Assembly: GCA_963748015.1 (NCBI GenBank)
Contig: CAVVHE010000005.1
Span: 320,001 to 384,000, forward strand
DNA from: Terriglobia bacterium
GTDB lineage: Bacteria; Acidobacteriota; Polarisedimenticolia; Polarisedimenticolales; JAIQFR01
DNA length: 64,000 nt
Direction: 5' to 3'
Both the position numbers and the translations under genes were made by a program. This document shows positions 46,770 to 60,400 of this stretch, one piece after another. Position 1 is the first letter of the stretch, and each line of letters begins with the position of its first letter. Below the pieces are notes generated by a model. It had not been told where the DNA came from, ran no database searches, and was given only the letters and a program-made list of their open reading frames with translations.

Positions 46770-49700
46770 TCACCTGCAGGCCGACGGGTCGGTGCCGATC
46801 TGAATGTCGCGAGCCGTCGGCGTCTGGCCGGATCCGCTCTCCTGCGGCGCTCCGCTCGAGTAGGAGAACGGGGCGACGTTGCAGGTCGCTCCACGGGCGA
46901 GATAGTAGAACGCCTGCCCGGGCGCGAGGATGCTCCCGTCGGTCGCGGACGCGCCGAGCACGTCGTCGACCGCGCACGCGAACACGCTGCCCGTGAAGGT
47001 CCCGCCCGTACGGAGAGCGCCGAGATCCCCGCGGACCATGTCGGTCCAGCCGTCGGCCCCCCAGGACAGGGTGAGGCCCTGGTCCGGCTCGACGCCGTCG
47101 AGACCGCCGGTCTTCCCGACCAGGAGCGGCCCCGTCCACGTCAGGGTCCCGGTGGTCGGGCACCCGACGGCCACGGTCGTGCTCGCCGTGCCCGCGCAGG
47201 ATTGCAGCGTCGAGCAGCGGACGTCCACGACGTAGGTCGTCGCCGCGGCGGGCGTGTCGACGAAGCTGCCGAGATCCGACCAGTCCTGCACCGTGACGCC
47301 TCCCACGGAGAACCGGAACTGCAGCGTGCCGCCCAGGCACCGGTCGGCGACCGAGCCGGCGGCGTCCAGCACGACCTGCTGTCCCGGGCCCGCGATCGCG
47401 GGGGGGCTGGCGACCAGGCTCGCGGTCACCGACCCGCAGGTGCTCGGGCACGCAGGGAGGCCGGTGTTCGGAGCCGTGTCCGCGGCGAGGGTGGCCGGCG
47501 ACGTCAGGGCGTTCGAGATCTCGACATCGTCGATGTACCACCCGTCGTCGGTCGGCCGAGGGGCGAAGGACGCGCCCATGCCCGATATCAGGTCTGGGGA
47601 GTCGCCCAACTTGATGGTGGACACGAGGAACCGGACGCGAACGGCCCGGCCCCTGAACCGGTCGAGGCTGAAGCGCGTCTCGACCCAGGTGCCGCGGTTG
47701 ATCGAGCCCCTCATGCCGACCGGATCGTCCGAGGCGCGCTGCGTGTTGCCGGCGATGTACGGGCTGCGCCAGTTCGTGTCGCCCTGCTGCGAGAAGACCC
47801 ACTCCGGCCAACAGGTCGAGGATGGCCCGTAGTACCGGTTCGGGTCGGCCGGGTCGAAGTAGCTGTCCTCGTCGTTGCCGTCGTCGATCGGGTCGAAGGT
47901 GCAGTTGATGTAGTTGTGGGTCGGCTGGACGTCGTAGACATTCTGGTACGGGTAGATCTTCTGCCAGATCCCCACGAGCGGGTCGATGCCGAGGTCCGCG
48001 ACCTGGAGGGCCACGACGGCCCGATCGGCTCCCTGGAGGTACGCGTCGCCCAGCACGCGGTAGTCGATCAGCGCGATCTGGTGCTTGAAGGACAGCTCCG
48101 GCGGGTCGGTGTACCCCAGGTAGACGGGGTTGGTCATCGCGAGAGCCTGGAGCGCCGAAAGCGCCTCCGTGTCCTTGTCCGGATTGGTCGGGTCCTTGTG
48201 AACCCCCCAGTGCACGGACTGGTTGCCGACGAAGGCGCGGCCGCCGTCGGCGTTGGACGTCCGGTGGACGTGCCAGACGTACGGAGCCACGACGCCGTAG
48301 CTGAATCCCGGGTAGCAGTAGGTCTCGCCGTACGAGTTCGAGTTCGGGAAATCGGGGTCGTTGTACTGGCAGCGGGTGCCGTCTGCCAGGAGCGTGGAGT
48401 GCGCCGGGTCCACGGCGGTGTACTGCGAGTCCAGCGACATCGAGGTGAAGGTGCCGAAGTCGCCGGGGCCCCCCGTCCCCTCGAAGCCCTCGACGAAGGT
48501 CGTCGGGGCGCCGCCGCCGCTCACGTCGAGATCGAGGTCCTGCGTGATCGGCTGCGCGCGATCCGCGGAGTCGAACTGGTCCGAGGACAGCGTGACGTTG
48601 AACGTCGCGGAGATGTCGGTCAGCTCCTGCCCGACCTGCCGGTTCACGGTCGAGGCCACCTTCCAGACGAAGGGCGTCGGGATCTCGAGCGTGGCGCCCT
48701 TCGGCAGGGACGGCAGCACGATGGACGGCTGGAGGATGCAGTCGACGGACGGGCTGTTGCTGGCCAGGCGCGCGACGAGGTTCGTGAGGTCCTTCCCCGT
48801 CTTGTTCGAGACCGTGATGAACATGTTCACGGTCTCGCTCGTGTCGGCGAAGGAGTCGCCGTCGCCCTTGCCCGCGTCGTTCGTGATCCGGCTGCTCTTC
48901 ACGACCACCCTGCCCGTGGACACGTTGATCGTGACGGCCGCCTGCACGAGGCCCCAGCTGGACGCGTTCGGGCCCGGCTGGCAGGGATGGCCCGTACCGT
49001 CGTCCGGATCGGCGTAGGTGAGGGTCACCTTCGGCTGGACCGTCCCCTCGGGGCGGACGTACAGCGTGCCGGGGGACTCGTAGGCCGAGGAGACCGGCAG
49101 GTTCGCCCGGAACACCCGGGAGCCGGGCGTCGTCTCGTTCAGGACCACCCACTCGCCCGCCGGGTCGGCGAGCGACGTCGCGTGCACGTAAACGTCGCGA
49201 CGGCCGTCGCCGTCGCAGTCCGTGCCGTCGATGCCGGCGTCGGTGTACACGCCGTTGTGGTCGCAGTCGTTGTTGCCGCCCGCGGGCTGACCGGGCGAGG
49301 TGTCGGTCACCGTGATGTCGAGCCGCCCGAGGCTGTTGTAGCTCTGGGTGGTCGCGACGTCGAGCGTGGCGCACGACCCGGTGGCGCAGTTCGTGGTCGT
49401 GTCCTCGACGACCCGGGACTCCTTCCACTCGAGGACCATGTCGTCGATCGCCAGTCCGTAGCCCCTGGCCTGCGGCGGGTAGCCCGAGATCGCCTCGTTG
49501 ACCATGTAGCCCACGGCGCCCTGCCAGTGGATGCCGTCAGGACCGTACGTGTCCTCGAAGATCCAGAACCTGCCGTCGATGAAGCCGTTGACGGCCATCA
49601 TGTTCATGTTGCGCAGAGGCCCGTTCTTCTTGACGAACTGGTCGGTGGTCGTGGTCGGATCGAAGCTGCACGTCCCGTCGTAGCTCGGCGGCTAAGCAGA

Positions 49701-52700
49701 CGGCCGCCGCGGTGCTCGCGGTGCAGGAGGTCTGCTTGTCGTTCGGGTTCGACGGGTTGTTGCACCAGCCGTTCCGGAGATCGTCGTCGACCGGGTGCGG
49801 GAAGACCGGCGGGACGAGTCGTCCCGCGTCGCCGGCCTGCTCGAAGACGCAGCAGTTCTTGGCTTCGCGGTTCCCTCCGGCCGTGCCGTTCCGGGTGATC
49901 GTGTTGCTGTAGTCCGCGAACTGCGGGTAGCCGTTGAAGAGAGGCCAATTCCCGCCGTGGAGCGCGCCGATCGGGCCGAGCATGCTGTTGAACCGGACGT
50001 TGTCACCGGTGAGCGTGATGGGCCGCAGCGAGTCCGTGTCGGTGTCCAGCTCCCAGCTCAGGCGGGTCCAGGAGTCGGGGAGGTCGATCTCCATGTTCCA
50101 CGCCCAGTTGGTGAACTGCGTCGTGTAGACGTAGCGGCCATCGGCGTCCTGGTCCAGGTTGACCTTGGAGACGATCGGCGTCTCGAGGTTCTCCCACCAG
50201 AACCGGCCGCCGCCCGCCGTCGACGGGAACGGCTCGGTTCGCTGGCACTGGCCCAGCGTCGAGCCGTCGACCATGCAAGTCACCGTGCTGACGCTGCCGA
50301 TGGTTCCGGTGTGCCAGACGCCGCCCGTGAGCTGGCCAGACGCCTTGGTCTCCCAGCCGCAGCCGCCGAGCGTGCTCCAGTTCTGGTCGAGCACCCCGTT
50401 GGCCGGGTCGCGGTCCTCGCCGGCGTCGAGAACGTTGTTGAAGTTCCTGTCCTCGCCCCAGTTCGCGGGGAGCGGGGAAAGGGTCGTCGTGCTGTTGATC
50501 ACGATACCGGACGTGAACCCGCCGTTGTTCGTGTCGAAGTTCCACGGGGCCTGGATGCCCGTGTTGCGGGTTCCTCCCTGCGTCAGGTCGGACCAGGTCA
50601 CGCTCTCGAAGCGGTAGTCGCAGGCGTTGTTCACGTCACCGAGGAACGTCGCCGGGTTCTCGATCGTCTCGTTGTTGTTCCAGTCGTAGTACTCGCTGCC
50701 GCCCGTCGGGAAGTCGGTCGAGTAGTACAGCGCCTGCTCGTTCGCGTTCAGCCACGTCCGGTACACGGAGAGGCCTTCCGCCGGCTTGCCGGACTTCTTC
50801 GCGGAGATCCCGAGCAGGAGGTCGACGTCGTACAGGCCGGTGAAGTGCCCCATCTGGATCGTGAAGCTGATGGCGAACACCGGCGCGGTGAACCGGGCAT
50901 ACTGCAGGACGAGGGAGGGAATGAAGCCGATGTTCTTCGGCGAATCGAGCACCCTCAGGATCGACGGGTCGACGACCGGGTTGTTGGTGCGGTTCGGGTC
51001 GGCGCAGTCCCTCGAGAACGGCCAGCAGCTCTGCGGGCTGTCGGTGTCGTGGAGCACGGCCTCGAGGGTCGCGACGGCGTCCTCGAGGTCCGCGCTGTCG
51101 AACTGCCGGATCGCGATCTGGAAGTCGATCAGCTCGCCGTGGTCCATGTACTGGTCGGGGTAGCCGTAGATGGAGGTGAAGTAACCGCGGGCGTCGCGCT
51201 CGCAGCCGCCGTTCACCGCCGCGGAGGCGTTCTGCCCGTACAGCGTGAACTTGAGGCCGCCGAACTCGAACTGCACGCGGCAGATCACGGGCTTCACGGC
51301 CGTACGGGTCGCGCCGATGTCGCCGTACACGACGCGGACGTACTGGCCGTCTCGCAGCGTCGAGCGCCCCGTTCCCGGGATCGGGGACCGTGCCGGCGCT
51401 GATCGCGATGAGGCCCGACGTCCAGACGTGTCCGACCGTGTTGGTGAAGGTCAGGCCGGTCTCGGTGTCCACGACGACGTCGTCGGCCGTCCCGTAGATC
51501 CGATCGACCCCGGGATCCACGACCTCGACGAGGACGCGCGAAGAGATGAGGGCCGGGGTGTGGCCCACCGTCGGGTCGGCGACGTCCTCGAACTCGTCGA
51601 TCACGACCTGCGCCTTGTCGTCGCAGGCGAAGTCGCCGACGACGACCGCGTCGGCGCCGCCCACCGTGCGGTGGACTTCGATGCCGGCCCACGAGCCGCG
51701 GCTCACCGCACCGGCGATCGCGAGGGCGTACTTCTGCGGGCCCGAGGGAACGGTGACGCCGGTGACGCTCACGGTCCAGGTGCCCGCCTCGAGCTGGTTG
51801 GAGGACGGGTCGGACGGGTTGAAGGCCGGCGACAGGAAGATCGCCTCGGTCGGGTTCTTGCGGTCCCAGATGTTCGCGAGGGTCTGGTGCGCGGAGTCGT
51901 AAGGCAGACTCCAGCGCGACGCGTCCACGAGGCCCGTGACGCACCAGGGAGCGAGCTGGCAGTCCTCGCCGACGTCCAGCGCGCGGTTCCGGTTGAGGTC
52001 GTCGGTGAAGTAGTTGCCGGCGTAGGTCCTGCCGCTCGGCGAGACGAGCGTGAGATCGAGGTCGTCGGCCATCAAGTCGCCCTGGGCCTCGACCCAGGAC
52101 AGGCCGACCCGGAGCTCGTGCGAGGTGTCGTTCACCGTGAAGGCGAACGACTGGACGGCGCCCTGACCGATGCTCCCGGCCAGCGTCGTGTCGTTCTTGC
52201 CGCCTGGGATCCCGCCGTCCGCGACGATCATCGAGGGCGGGCTCGGGTACGTGGAGAGCGGGAGGACGTTGTTGAGCTGGATCTTCCCGTACCCCTGCTC
52301 GTAGTTGAAGCGATACTTCGCGTACAGGTTCGAAGAGTAATAGGCGTCCGTGAAGTCCAGGAAGTCGCCGGACAGCATCAGCACGGTCTTGAGCAGCGCG
52401 CCCGAGAGGTTCGGCACCTCGTTCGCGTCGCCCTGCGTGCCGGTCGGATAGAAGCCCTGCGCGAAGTAGTCGCGGACCAGCAGGCCCGCGCCGGCCGCGG
52501 CGGCGGCCGCGAAGCTGCTGTTGCCCTGGCTGCTCGGGATGTCGCACTGGACCGGGTTGAGCTGGTCGTTGTCGTCCGAACGGCAAGCGTACGTGGAGTA
52601 CTGGCCGAGGCTGCCGGCGTCCGAGCCGGGCGCCATGATCAGAGGCGTGATCCGCTGGGAGGCCGCGCTGGCCGGGCCGGTGCCCGACGTCTGCACGCGC

Positions 52701-54418
52701 CGCTTCGTGAAGTCGGGGCCGCCGTCGTTCGCGGCGTAGTGGTTGCCGACCACGATGCCGTTCTTCACGGTCGCGGGAGCGTAGCTGCGATACGGATCGG
52801 GAACGAAGTCGCGGTCGGAGTCGCGGCCGGAGTTCCCGGCGGCGACGAACAACATCGCGTCCGGGTACTCGAACAGGAACTGGTCGGCCTGCTGCGGGTA
52901 CGTCGTGTACTTGCTCAGGTCGGCCGTCGCCGTCGAGCCCCAGGACCAGTTGAACACCCTCGCGCCGTACCGCCCGTAGCCGTAGCACAGCGTGCCCTGC
53001 GCGAAGCCCGCGGTCGCGTCGCACACGCTCGCCGGCGTGTACGCGAGGCCCGGCTTCAGCGTCGTCGCCGTCGGGCCGTCGCAAGCGGTCACGGTCGTGG
53101 AGACCTGGCAGTCGAACACGCCGATCTTCGCCCCCTTCGCCACACCGTCGATCGCCCACGGCCGCTTCGTGTTCTGGTCGATCGCGTACCACGAGCCGCC
53201 GTAGGACGCGGCCGTCCTCGACGCGTTGCCCAGGGCGACGGACGCGACGATGTGGCCGTGCGTGAAGCCGCCGGTCATCGGGGAGTCGCAGCCGAGCAGG
53301 TCGCCCGAGCCGGTGCCGAATCCGGTCGTCGCCCGGTAGTCCACCACCTTGCGGTGGGTCGGGCCCGGCGTCCCGGCGTCGGTCTTCGTGTTCGACAGAT
53401 CGCCGGCGTCGATCGAGATGCCGGTGTCGGTGATCGAGAGGACCTGGGGCGACGTCCCGGTCACCCCGTTGCCGCTGCCGTCGATCCCGGCATCGTGGTA
53501 CGGAACCGCGCCCATGTTCCAGTGGCCGGTCTGAACCGTGGTCGTCGCCTTCTCGTCGAGGGGAACGTAGATCCCCTCTTCGTAGACCGCGTAGACCGGA
53601 TCGAGCGACGCGATGTCGCCCAGCCTGCCGCGGTCGATCTCGACCTCCACCTGCGCCGGGGAGACCGCCAGGATCGTGCCGCCCATCGCCTGGATGGCCC
53701 GGGCGACCGCGCCGGCGTCCTCGCCGGGGAACAGCCGGACCTGGAGCGAGTACACGCTCGAGAGGGCCTTCGCGGGGTCGGCGAGCGGTGAGCGACCGAT
53801 ATTCGGGTCGAGCTTGAACGCGGGGTGATAGGGCTCGAGGAAGCGGACGCCGCGCTGCCCCTGCACCGCGACGTATCCGGCCTGCGTCAGGCGAACGATG
53901 AACCCGTCCGGGCCCAGGCTCTGCGCGACCGCGCCGCCGGCGCTCTCGATGCTCTCTTCCATGCGCGCGAACGACCCGTCCGCGTACATCGAGGGCTCGA
54001 CCTCGAGCAGGAAGTACTGCGCCTGCTGCTTGCCGAGCTTGAAGGTCGTCCGCAGCTCCTGCGGAATCGCGGGAACGCCCCGATTCGTGTCGATCGCGCC
54101 CGCCACCGTGTACAGCACGCCGCTTGCCGGCGGGTTCGCCGGGTCGACGTTCCCCACGTAGGGACCGGTGGCGTAAGGCCACTGGTAGTTGGCTCGGGGG
54201 TACAGCGTCGGAAGATGGGCGTCCACGTCCTCCGCGGGGATGAGCGCCTGCTTGCCTGCCTCGGGTGCCGTGGCCGGCTGAGCGGCAAACGCCCCCGTCA
54301 CCCCAAGCAGGGCCAGGCCGAGGACGGCCGCGAAACCGGCGAGCGAACTCCACCCGATCCGAAGTTGATCGCGCACGATCGCCCCCTTGGTCGACCGGAT
54401 CCCGGTCGGCACGTCCAT
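46770..54418 (-). CDS. giant secreted S8 subtilase-like multidomain protein, copy 1 (~2,550 aa; frameshifts near 51356 and 49690)
   Basis: ORF pieces 50636-54670, 49537-51330 and 46770-49607 are collinear with copy 2. ITDTGI, THGHIVAS, FNWSWG, AAGNSG, KP-43-type RDYF..GFYP and LRVGLSW..DLDL. GTG at 54376 is an alternative start. Confidence 0.8.
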
Positions 54419-54462
54419 CACGCCTCCAGGACCGACGCTCCGCACGCGCGCTGGTCCCCCTT

Positions 54463-57400
54463 TCACCTGCAGGCCGACGGGTCCGTGCCGATCTGCACGT
54501 CGCGAGCCGCCGGCGTCTGGCCGGATCCGCTCTCCTGCGGCCCTCCGCTCGAGTAGGAGAACGGAGCGACGTTGCAGGTCGCGCCACGGGCCAGGTAGTA
54601 GAACGCCTGCCCGGGCGCGAGGATGCTGCCGTCGGTCGCGGACGAGCGGAGCACGTCGTCGACCGCGCACGCGAGCACGGTGCCCGTGAAGGTCCCGCCC
54701 GTACGGAGAGCGCCGAGATCCCCGCGCACCGCGTCGGTCCAGCCGTCGGCCCCCCAGGACAAGGTGAGGCCCTGGTCCGGCTCGACGCCGTTAAGACCGC
54801 CGGTCTTCCCGACCAGGAGCGGCCCCGTCCACGTCAGGGTCCCGGTGCTCGGGCACCCGACGGCCACGGTCGTGCTCGCCGTGCCCGCGCAGGATTGCAG
54901 CGTCGAGCAGCGCACGTCCACGGCGTAGGTCGTCGCCGCGGCCGGCGCGTCGACGAAGCTGCCGAGATCCGACCAGTCCTGCACGGTGACGCCTCCCACG
55001 GAGAACCGGAACTGCAGCGTGCCGCTCAGGCACCGGTCGGCGACCGAGCCGGCGGCGTCCAGCACGACCTGCTGTCCCGGGCCCGCGGTAGCGGGAGGGC
55101 CGGCGACCAGGCTCGCGGTCACCGACCCGCAGGTGCTCGGGCACGCGGGGAAGCCGGTGTTCGGAGCCGTGTCCGAGGAGACGGTGGCCGGCGAGGTCAG
55201 CGCGTTCGAGATCTCGACGTCGTCGATGTACCACCCGTCGTCCCTGCCGTGGTTCGTGCCCAGAACGCCGCTCCCGTCCCGCTCGTCCCCGACCTTGATC
55301 GTCGACACGAGGAAGCGGAGCCGCACGGCCCGGCCCTTGTACCGGTCCAGGTTGAATCGCGGCTCGACCCAGGTGCCCCGGTTGATCGAGCCCCGCAGGC
55401 CCACCAGGTCGTCGGATGCCCGCTGCGTGTTGCCGGGGATGTACGGGTTGCGCCAGTTCGTGTCCCCCTGCCGCGAGAAGACGAACTCCGGGTTGCAGGT
55501 CGAGGAAGGCCCGTACTGCCGGTTCGGGATCGGTCGGGTCGAAGTAGCTGTCCTCGTCGTTGCCATCATCGGTCGGGTCGAAGCTGCAGTTGCTGAAGCG
55601 CCATTCCGGCTGCACGTCGTAGACGTTCTGATATGGATTCAGCTTCGTCCAGACGCCCACCGGATTTCCGGTGCTCGGATCGGCCAGCTGCACCTCGACG
55701 ACCGCGCGGCTCATGCCATGTAGGTAGAGCGAGCTCGATATCGTGTAGTCCATCAGCGCGATCTGGTGCTTGAAGGAAAGCTCGGGCTCGTCGTCGTAGC
55801 CGAGGTACACCGGGTTGATGCTCCGGAGGGCCTGCAACGCGGACAGCGCCTCCGTGTCCTGGTCGGGGTTCGTCGGGACCTTGTGGACGCCCCAGTGCAC
55901 GGACTGGTTGCCGACGAACGCGCGGCCGCCGTCGGAGTTGGACGTCGTGTGCACGTGCCAGACGTACGGGGCCACGGCGCCGAGGGAGAAGCCCGGGTAG
56001 CAGTAGGTCTCGCCGTACGAGTTCGAGTTCACGAAGTCCGGGTCGTTGTACTGGCAGCGGGTGCCGTCGGCCAGAAGGGTCGAGGCGGCCGGAGTCGCCG
56101 CGGTGTACATCGAGTCCAGCGACATCGACGTGAAGGTGCCGAAGGCGCCGGGGCCCCCCGCTCCCTCGAAGCTCTCGATGAACGTCGTCGGCGAGCCGCC
56201 GCCCGAAACGTCGAGATCGAGGTCCTGGATGATGGTCTGGACGCGATCGGCCGCGTCGAACTGGTCCGACGACAACGTGACGTTGAACGTCGCGGAGATG
56301 TCGGCGAACTCCTGCCCGATTTGCCGGTTCACCGAGGACACCACCTTCCAGACGAACGGCGTCGGGATCTCGAGCGCCGCCCCTTTCGGCAGGGACGGCA
56401 GCACGATCGACGGCTGGAGGACGCAGTCCACGTTCGGGCTGTTGGTGGACAGTCGCGCGACGAGGTTCGTGAGGTCCTTCCCCGTCTTGTTGGAGACCGT
56501 GATGTACATGTTCACGGTCTCGTTCGTGTCGGCGAATCCATCGCCGTCGCCCTTGCCCGCGTCGTTCGTGATCCGGCTGCTCTTCACCACCACGCTTCCG
56601 GTGGAGACGTTGAGCGTGACCTGGGCCTGCACGACGCCCCACAGCGAGGCGTTCGGGCCGGGCTGGCAGGGATGGCCGGTGCCGTCGTCCGGATCGGCGT
56701 AGGTGAGGGCCACCACTAGCTGGGTGCTCCCGTCGCTCTGCACGAACAGCGTGCCGGGGGACTTGTAGGCCGACGAGACCGGCAGGTTCGCCCGGAACAC
56801 CCGGGAGCCGGACGTCGTCTCGTTCAGGACCACCCACTCACCCGCCGGGTCGGCGAGCGACGTCGCGTGCACGTACACGTCGCGCCGACCGTCGCCGTCG
56901 CAGTCCGTGCTGTCGACGCCGGCGTCGATGTACACGCCGTTGTGGTCGCAGTCGTTGTTGCCGCCCGCGGGATTGCCGGGCGAGGTATCGGTCACCGTGA
57001 TGTCGAGCCGCCCGAGGGTGTTGTAGCTCTGGGTGGTCGCGACGTCGAGCGTCGAGCACGATCCGCCGGCGCAATTCGTGGTCGTGTCCTCGACGACCGT
57101 GGACTCCTTCCACTCGAGGACCATGTCGTCGATCGCGACACCGTAGCCCCTGACTTGCGACGAGGTGCCAACTCCCTCGTTCACATAGTAGCCGATGGCG
57201 GCCTGCCATCTGAGGCCGTCGTCGCCGTGTCGATACCCGTTGTCACCGGTGGCGTCCTCGTAGACGATGAACCGGCCGTCCATGTAGGGGTAGGCGGCGG
57301 TCATGTTCATGTTGCGCAGCGGGCCGTTCTTCTTGACGAACTGGTCGGTCGTGGTGGTTGGATCGAACGCGCAGGTCCCGTCGTAGGCGTGAGCCGGCGT

Positions 57401-60400
57401 CGCGACGCAGTCGGTCGATGCGGTGGCCGCAGTGCAGGAGGTCTGCTTGTCGTTCGGGTTCGACGGGTCGTTGCACCAGCCGTTCCGGAGGTCGTCGTCC
57501 GGCGGGAGCGGGAAGACCGGCGGGCCGAAGCGTCCCGCGGAACCGGCCTGCTCGAAGAGGCAGCAGTTCTTGGCCTCGCGGTTTCCGCCGATCGTGCCGT
57601 TCCGCGTGGTCGTGCCGTTGGACGTGTCGTAGTCGGCGAACTGCGGGTAGCCGTTGAACCACCGGCCGTAGTACCCGCTTCCGTGGATCGCCCCCTTCGG
57701 GCCCCAGATGCTGTTCCCGCCCGGGGACATGATGTAGCCGTTGAGCTTGACCGGCTGCAGCGAATCGACGTCGTTGTCCAGCGCCCAGCTCACGCGGGAC
57801 CAGGAGTCGGGGAGGTCGATCTCCATGTTCCACGCCCAGTTGGTGAATTGCGTCTTGTAGACCAGGCGACCCTCGGCGTCCCTGTCCTGGTTGACCATTT
57901 CGACCACCGGGGTCTGGAGGTTCTCCCACCAGAACCGGCCGGCGCCGGTGAACGCCGGGAACGGCTCGGTCCGCTGGCACTGGCCCAGCGTCGAACCGTC
58001 CACCATGCAGGTCACCGCGGTGACGCTGCCGATCGTGCCGGTGTGCCAGACGCCGCCCGTCGGCTGGCCGGAGGCTTTGGTCACCCAGCCGCAGCCGCCC
58101 AGCGTGCTCCAGTTCTGGTCGAGCACGCCGTTGGCCGGGTCGCGGTCCTCGCCGGCGTCGAGGAGGTTGTTGTAGTTCATGTCCTCGCCCCAGTTCGCGG
58201 GAAGCGGGGAGAGGGTCGTCGTGCTGCCGATGACGATGCCGGACGTGAACCCGCCGTTGTTCGTGTCGAAGTTCCATGGGGCCTGGATGCCCGTGTTGCG
58301 GGTGCCGCCACGGGTCAGGTCGGACCAGGTCACGGTCTCGAAGCGGTAGTCGCAGGCGTTGTTCACATCGCCGAGGAACGTCGCCGGGTTCTCGATCGTC
58401 TCGTTGTTGTTCCAGTCGTAGTACTCCGTGCCGCCCGTCGGGAAGTCCGTCGAGTAGTACAGCGCCTGCTCGTTCGCGTTGAGCCAGGTCCTGTACACGG
58501 CGAGCCCTTCCGCCGGCTTGCCGGACTTCTTTGCGGAGATCCCGAGGAGCAGGTCGACGTCGTACAGCCCGGTGAAGTCACCCATCTGGATCGTGAAGCT
58601 GATGGCGAACGCCGGCCCGGTCAACCTGGAAGTCCAAGAAGCATACGGGGCGAGGGCGGGGACGAAGCCGATGTTCTTCGGCGAGTCGAGCACCCGCAGG
58701 ATCGACTGGTCGACCGGCGGGTTGTTCGTGCGGTTCGGGTCGGCGCAGTCCCTCGTGAACGGAAGGCAGCCCTGAGGGCTGTCGGTGTCGTGCAGCACGG
58801 CCCTCAGGGTCGCCACCGCATCCTCGAGGTCCACGCTGTCGAGCCCTCGGATCGCCATCTGGAAATCGATCAGCTCTCCGTGGTCCATGTACTGGTCGGG
58901 GTAGCCGTGAATGGACGTGAAGTAGCCGCGGGCGTCGCGCTCGCAACCGCCGTTCACCGCCGCGGAGGCGTCCTGCCCATACAGCGAGAACTTGGACCCG
59001 CCGAAGTCGAACTCTACGCGGCAATTCACCACCTTGACCGCGGTGCGGGTCGCGCCGATGTCGTCGTAGACGACCCGGACGTACTGGCCGTCGCGCGCGT
59101 CGAGCGCCCCGTTGCCCGAATCGGGCATCGTGTCGGAGCTGATGGGCAGGAGGTTGGATTTCCAGACGTGTCCGACCGTGTTGGTGAAACTCAGGCCGGT
59201 CTCGATGTCCACGACGACGTCGTCGGCCGTGCCGTAGATCCGGTCCGGGCCCGGATCCACGACCTCCACGCGGGTACGCGAGGAGATGATGGCTGGAGTA
59301 TGGGAGGCCGTCGGATCCGCCACGTCCTCAAACTCGTCGACGACCGCCCGCGCGCTGTCGTTGCAGGCGAGGTCGCCCGAGACGGCCGTGTCGACGCCGC
59401 CCATGACGCGGTGGACGTCGAGGCCCGTCCAGGAGCCGCGGGACACGGCGCCCACGATCGCGAGCGCGTACTTCTGCGAGGCCGGAAGGGTCGTGCCCTT
59501 GACGCTCACGGTCCAGGTGCCGACCTCGAGCTGGTTGGCGGACGGGTCGGTCGGGTCGAAGCTCGGCGACAGGAAGATCGCCTCGGTCGGGTTCTTGTGG
59601 TCGAACACGTCGAGGGTCACGTGCGCGGAATCGTACGGCAGGCTCCAGCGCGACGCGTCGATGAGCCCCGTCGTGCACCAGGGAGCGAGCTGGCAGTCCT
59701 CGCCGGCATCCACCCCGCGATTCCGGTTGAGGTCGTCGGTGAAGTAGTTTCCGATGTACGTCCTGCCGCTCGGCGAGACCAGCTCGAGGTCGAGGTCGTG
59801 CGCCAGCAGGTCGCCCTGAGGCTCGACCCATGCGAGGCCCACCCGCAACTCGTGAGCCGTGTCGCTCACCTGGAAGCTGTACGACTGGACCTCGCCCTGT
59901 GTAATGGCCCCGGGGTTCAGCGTCGTGTCGTTCTTGCCGCCGGCGATGCCGCCGTCCGCGACGATCATCGAGGGCGGGCTAGAATACGTGGCGAGCGGAA
60001 GCACGTTGTTGAGTTGGATCTTGCCGTACCCCTGCTCGTAATTCCAACGGTACTTTGCGCTGAGGGTCGGCACGAAGTAGCCGACGTAAACGGTCGTGCC
60101 GTCCAGGAAGTCGCCCGACAGCATCAGCACGGTCTTGAGCAGCGCGCCCGAGAGGTTCGGCACCCCGTTCGCTTCGACCTGCGTGCCGGTCGGATAGAAA
60201 CCCTGCGCGAAGTAGTCGCGGATCAGCAAGCCCGCGCCGGCCGCGGCAGCGGCCGCGAAGCTGCTGCCATTCTGGCGGGAGGCGATGTCGCACTGGACCG
60301 GGTTGAGCTGGTCGTTGTCGTTCGAACGGCACGCGTACGTGCCGTACGGGCCGAGCGTGCCGGCGTCCGAGCCGGGCGCCATGATCAGCGGCGTGATCCG

